Source: Cenarchaeum sp. (lineage in GTDB: Archaea; Thermoproteota; Nitrososphaeria; Nitrososphaerales; Nitrosopumilaceae). Taken from it: a stretch of DNA of 64,000 nt. Shown one piece after another: positions 60,645 through 64,000 of the stretch. The notes below the pieces were generated by a model that saw only the letters and a list, made by a program, of their open reading frames with translations, searched no databases and had not been told where the DNA came from. The translations under genes and the position numbers were made by a program. Position 1 is the stretch's first letter. The number at the start of each line of letters is the position of its first letter. The stretch spans positions 928,001-992,000 of the forward strand of contig CBDESU010000002.1 in the NCBI GenBank assembly GCA_965242695.1, given 5' to 3'.

Positions 60645-63338
60645 ATGGGAAGTTCCACCGTTGAGAGCAGCATCGTCAAAATCAAGAAGCGCAGCGGCTC
60701 GGTCGTCAGCTTTGACGCCTCCAAGATCTCCGGGGCCATCTTCAAGGCCCTGGCCGCCATGTCCAAGCCCGACCGCTCCCTGGCCGACGAGCTGGCCTCT
60801 AGCGTCGTCAGCAAGCTGGCCCTCAAGAACTTCACGGCCTACAACCCCCCCAGCGTCGAGGACATACAGGACATGGTAGAGTCGACGCTCATCGAGAGCG
60901 GCCACAGCGAGATCGCCAAGGCGTACATACTGTACAGGGCCGAGCGCCGCCACGTCCGCGACGAGAAGCTAAAGGTCCTCAACGCAAAGGCCCTCGACCC
61001 CGTCTCGAAGGACTTTGACCTGTCGTGCCTGCAGGTGCTCGCCTCGCGCTACCTGCTCCGCAACGAAAAGAACGAGATCAGGGAGACGCCGTCCGCGCTG
61101 TTCGGGCGCGTCGCGACCCTCGTCGCGCTCGGCGACCTGCTGTACGACCCCGAGCTGTACTCGGCGGCCGGCGGGCACGAGCAGGACGCCGGCGAGGCCA
61201 GGGCGTACCTCTCAAAGCTCGACGGGTTCGACGGCAAGTTCGCAATCGGGCCGCACGTCCTCAACAAGTACCACTTTAGGTCGCTCATAAACCACTACAT
61301 CTACCTGGCCTCGGGCGGCCGCATGAGGGTCGGCTTCAAGGAGCTGCTCACGTCGCTGGCGTCTAAGGGGTTCGAAAAGTACGCCGAGAGGATAGACGAG
61401 TACTATGCGCTGATGACCTCGCAGGTGTTCCTGCCCAACTCGCCGACGATGATGAACGCCGGCGGGAGGCTCGGCCAGCTGTCGGCCTGCTTCGTCCTCG
61501 GGATGCCCGACGACATGGAGGGAATAATGAAGTCGACGTCGGACGCGGCCCTGATATTCAAGAGCGGCGGCGGCGTGGGGATAAACTACTCGGACCTGCG
61601 GCACGAGGGCGACATCGTCGCATCCACGTCCGGCGTCGCGTCCGGCCCCGTCTCTTTCATGAACATCATAAACACCGTGACCGAGGTCGTAAAGCAGGGC
61701 GGCAAGCGCAGGGGCGCGAACATGGGTATAATCGAGGCGTGGCACCCGGACGTCGAGAAATTCATCACGAACAAGACGAGCCCCGGCGTCCTGGAGAACT
61801 TCAACGTCAGCGTCGGCGTGTGGGAGGACTTTTGGGCCGCCCTTGTCGGCTCGCCAGAGGGCAAGTACATGCTCAGGGACGCGCGCACGAGGGCGCCCGT
61901 CCGCGAGGAGAGCGCCCACCAGGTGCTCGACCTTATCGCGCTGTCGGCGTGGAAGAGCGCCGAGCCGGGCCTCATCTTCTTCGATCAGATCAACAAGTAC
62001 AACGTGATGGCAAAGGCGAGGGGGGGGCCGCTACGCTCGACGAACCCCTGCGGCGAGCAGAGCCTGTACCCGTACGAGTCGTGCAATCTGGGCTCGATAA
62101 ACCTGGCAAGGCTGGTGACCCGCACGGCCGACGGCGGGTACGCGTTCGACTGGCAAAAGTACGAAGAGACCATACGCAAGACGACGAGGTACCTGGACAA
62201 CATAATCGACGTCAACCTGTACCCCATACCCGAGATCGACGAGGCATCAAAGGAGTCGCGCCGGATAGGCCTCGGCGTGATGGGCGTCGCCGACCTGCTG
62301 TACAAGCTGCGCATCCCGTACAACTCGAAGGAGAGCTACGACCTCCAGTCGAAGCTCGCCGAGGCCCTCACGTACTTTTCAATGGAGGAGAGCGTCGAGC
62401 TTGCGCGCACGCGCGGCGAGTTCCCGCTGTGCCCGCAGACAGAGTACCCCGAGGGCAAGATTCCCGTGGCCGGCTACTACGAGCGCCCGCGCGAGTCGCA
62501 CACGTACGACTGGGACGCGCTCATCGAAAAGATCAAGAAGCACGGCATACGCAACGTCCTGACGACGACGGTCGCGCCGACCGGGACGCTGTCGATGCTG
62601 GCAGGCTGCTCTAGCGGAATGGAGCCGAACTTTGCCCTGTCGTACGAGAAGCGCGTGACGGTCGGCAAGTTCTTCTACACGAACAAGATCGTAGAGGAGG
62701 CGCTCATGGAGCAGGGCCTGTACACGGACGATCTAGCATCCAAGATCGCCGAGAACTACGGCTCGGTGCGCGGGATAGAGGAGGTGCCGGAGTGGATGCA
62801 GAAGGTGTTCGTGACCGCGATGGACATTCACTGGTCGGACCACCTGCTAGCGCAGGGCGTATGGCAGGAGTGGATCGGCAACGCGATCGCAAAGACGATC
62901 AACATGCCGTACGACGCGTCCGTCACGGACGTAAAGGCCGCCTACCTGCTCGCGCACGAGCTCGGCCTAAAGGGGATCACCGTCTACAGGGACGGCTCGC
63001 GCCACACGCAGGTCCTCAACATGGCGAGCGAGAGCGCCGAGAAAAAGTTCGACGTGGAGCCGAGCGAGCACGTAGTGTCGTACGCGTCCGGCCTGCTCGA
63101 GAACTCGTACGTCAAGGAGCAGGTCTCGGCGGCCCTGAGCGTAAGGCCGTCGGCGCAGGCGGCCGCTGCAGCGGCCGCGGCCGCGGGCGGCGGCGAGACC
63201 ATCGCCGCCGAGCACGTCTCGGTAGACGCAAAGACCGAGGGGCGCAGGCGCTGCCCGTCGTGCAACAGCGACATGGTCTTCGCCGAGGGGTGCAGCATGT
63301 GCATCGACTGCGGCTTTAGCGGCTGCTCGTCGGCGTAG
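60645..63338 (+). CDS. nrdJ: adenosylcobalamin-dependent (class II) ribonucleotide reductase
   Basis: ATP cone, PNSPT, LSACF, TNPCGEQ, CNLGS, APTGT, YRDGSR, C-terminal Cys cluster. Confidence 0.96.
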   Translation: MGSSTVESSIVKIKKRSGSVVSFDASKISGAIFKALAAMSKPDRSLADELASSVVSKLALKNFTAYNPPSVEDIQDMVESTLIESGHSEIAKAYILYRAERRHVRDEKLKVLNAKALDPVSKDFDLSCLQVLASRYLLRNEKNEIRETPSALFGRVATLVALGDLLYDPELYSAAGGHEQDAGEARAYLSKLDGFDGKFAIGPHVLNKYHFRSLINHYIYLASGGRMRVGFKELLTSLASKGFEKYAERIDEYYALMTSQVFLPNSPTMMNAGGRLGQLSACFVLGMPDDMEGIMKSTSDAALIFKSGGGVGINYSDLRHEGDIVASTSGVASGPVSFMNIINTVTEVVKQGGKRRGANMGIIEAWHPDVEKFITNKTSPGVLENFNVSVGVWEDFWAALVGSPEGKYMLRDARTRAPVREESAHQVLDLIALSAWKSAEPGLIFFDQINKYNVMAKARGGPLRSTNPCGEQSLYPYESCNLGSINLARLVTRTADGGYAFDWQKYEETIRKTTRYLDNIIDVNLYPIPEIDEASKESRRIGLGVMGVADLLYKLRIPYNSKESYDLQSKLAEALTYFSMEESVELARTRGEFPLCPQTEYPEGKIPVAGYYERPRESHTYDWDALIEKIKKHGIRNVLTTTVAPTGTLSMLAGCSSGMEPNFALSYEKRVTVGKFFYTNKIVEEALMEQGLYTDDLASKIAENYGSVRGIEEVPEWMQKVFVTAMDIHWSDHLLAQGVWQEWIGNAIAKTINMPYDASVTDVKAAYLLAHELGLKGITVYRDGSRHTQVLNMASESAEKKFDVEPSEHVVSYASGLLENSYVKEQVSAALSVRPSAQAAAAAAAAAGGGETIAAEHVSVDAKTEGRRRCPSCNSDMVFAEGCSMCIDCGFSGCSSA

Positions 63339-63410
63339 CCAAGGGCGGCCGGCGTATGTGGCGGCGGCAGGGCCGCACGACTTTTTTACGGACGGCCGGC
63401 GGCGCGGCGC

Positions 63411-64000
63411 ATGGACAGGCGGACCGTGTCCGTAGCCGCCGCGGCAGCAGCGGCTGCGGCCGCAGCGGCCGCGATTGCGGTCGCGGGCATGCCGGGCGGC
63501 GGGGTGGCAGTGGAGCCGTCGGCGCCGGACGGGACTCCCGGGCCGGGCGGCGATGGCTCGGCGCAGCCGGCCGCCGCCGCGGCGCGGCCCGACCCAAAGC
63601 TCGGCATCATCGTCAACACGCCGCGCGCGGCCGTGACGCTTGCCGACCTGGACGCGGCGCACGCAAAGGCCGCCTCGGCGGGGGCCGGGCGCGGCAACGT
63701 CTACATGTTCTGGGACCGCCTCGAGCCCGAGCGCGACGCGTACGAGTGGGCGCAGTACGACGCCGTAATGGCCCTCCACGAAAAGCACGGCATGAACGTG
63801 ACGCTGTACTTTTCGCTCGTCAACGGCAAGACGCTCGGGCCCTTCCCGCCGTGGATAGGCAACCCGAGCCTGCTGTCGGTGCCGACCGGCCACCTCGTCG
63901 ACGCCGTCGATGCCGTACTTGGCAGGTACCACATCGTCGACTCGGTGGTGATAGCCGGCGATGCCGACGAGCACTTTAGGCACCGCGAGCGCGACATCCC
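63411..64000 (+). CDS. membrane-anchored glycoside-hydrolase-like (clan A TIM barrel) protein, truncated by the window end
   Basis: Open frame from ATG 63411; Ala-rich anchor; FWDRLEPERDAYEWAQYD pattern. Confidence 0.65.
   Translation, partial: MDRRTVSVAAAAAAAAAAAAAIAVAGMPGGGVAVEPSAPDGTPGPGGDGSAQPAAAAARPDPKLGIIVNTPRAAVTLADLDAAHAKAASAGAGRGNVYMFWDRLEPERDAYEWAQYDAVMALHEKHGMNVTLYFSLVNGKTLGPFPPWIGNPSLLSVPTGHLVDAVDAVLGRYHIVDSVVIAGDADEHFRHRERDI

Overview
High-GC archaeal DNA. Gene content points to a Thaumarchaeote (Nitrosopumilaceae): A/V-type ATP synthase E-A-B-D-K, PEFG-CTERM, CFI-box-CTERM and 'PxW(I/V)' surface proteins, CopCD-propeller fusion, thiolase/DUF35, HTH-NrdD-like gene plus class II RNR. 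High GC, a serpin and many secreted proteins suggest a host-associated (e.g. sponge) lineage, which is inference only. Housekeeping blocks (about 2-9, 15-22, 42-50, 56-64 kb) surround an accessory island at about 22.7-41.7 kb. The island holds six secreted-precursor genes from three unrelated families. Each is followed directly by a small membrane-anchored partner gene, and orphan partners and partner/pro-domain fusions also occur. These precursor genes share an 11-bp motif (CTAGGCACTCC) exactly 18 nt upstream of a TTATATAA box, perfect in four promoters and degenerate in two. I read this as a candidate co-regulated polymorphic toxin/immunity (archaeocin-like) system; the function is unproven. 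Also present: an IS630 transposase beside a 2H-phosphoesterase/metallophosphoesterase fusion, several VNTRs, and a gene interrupted by one in-frame TAG.
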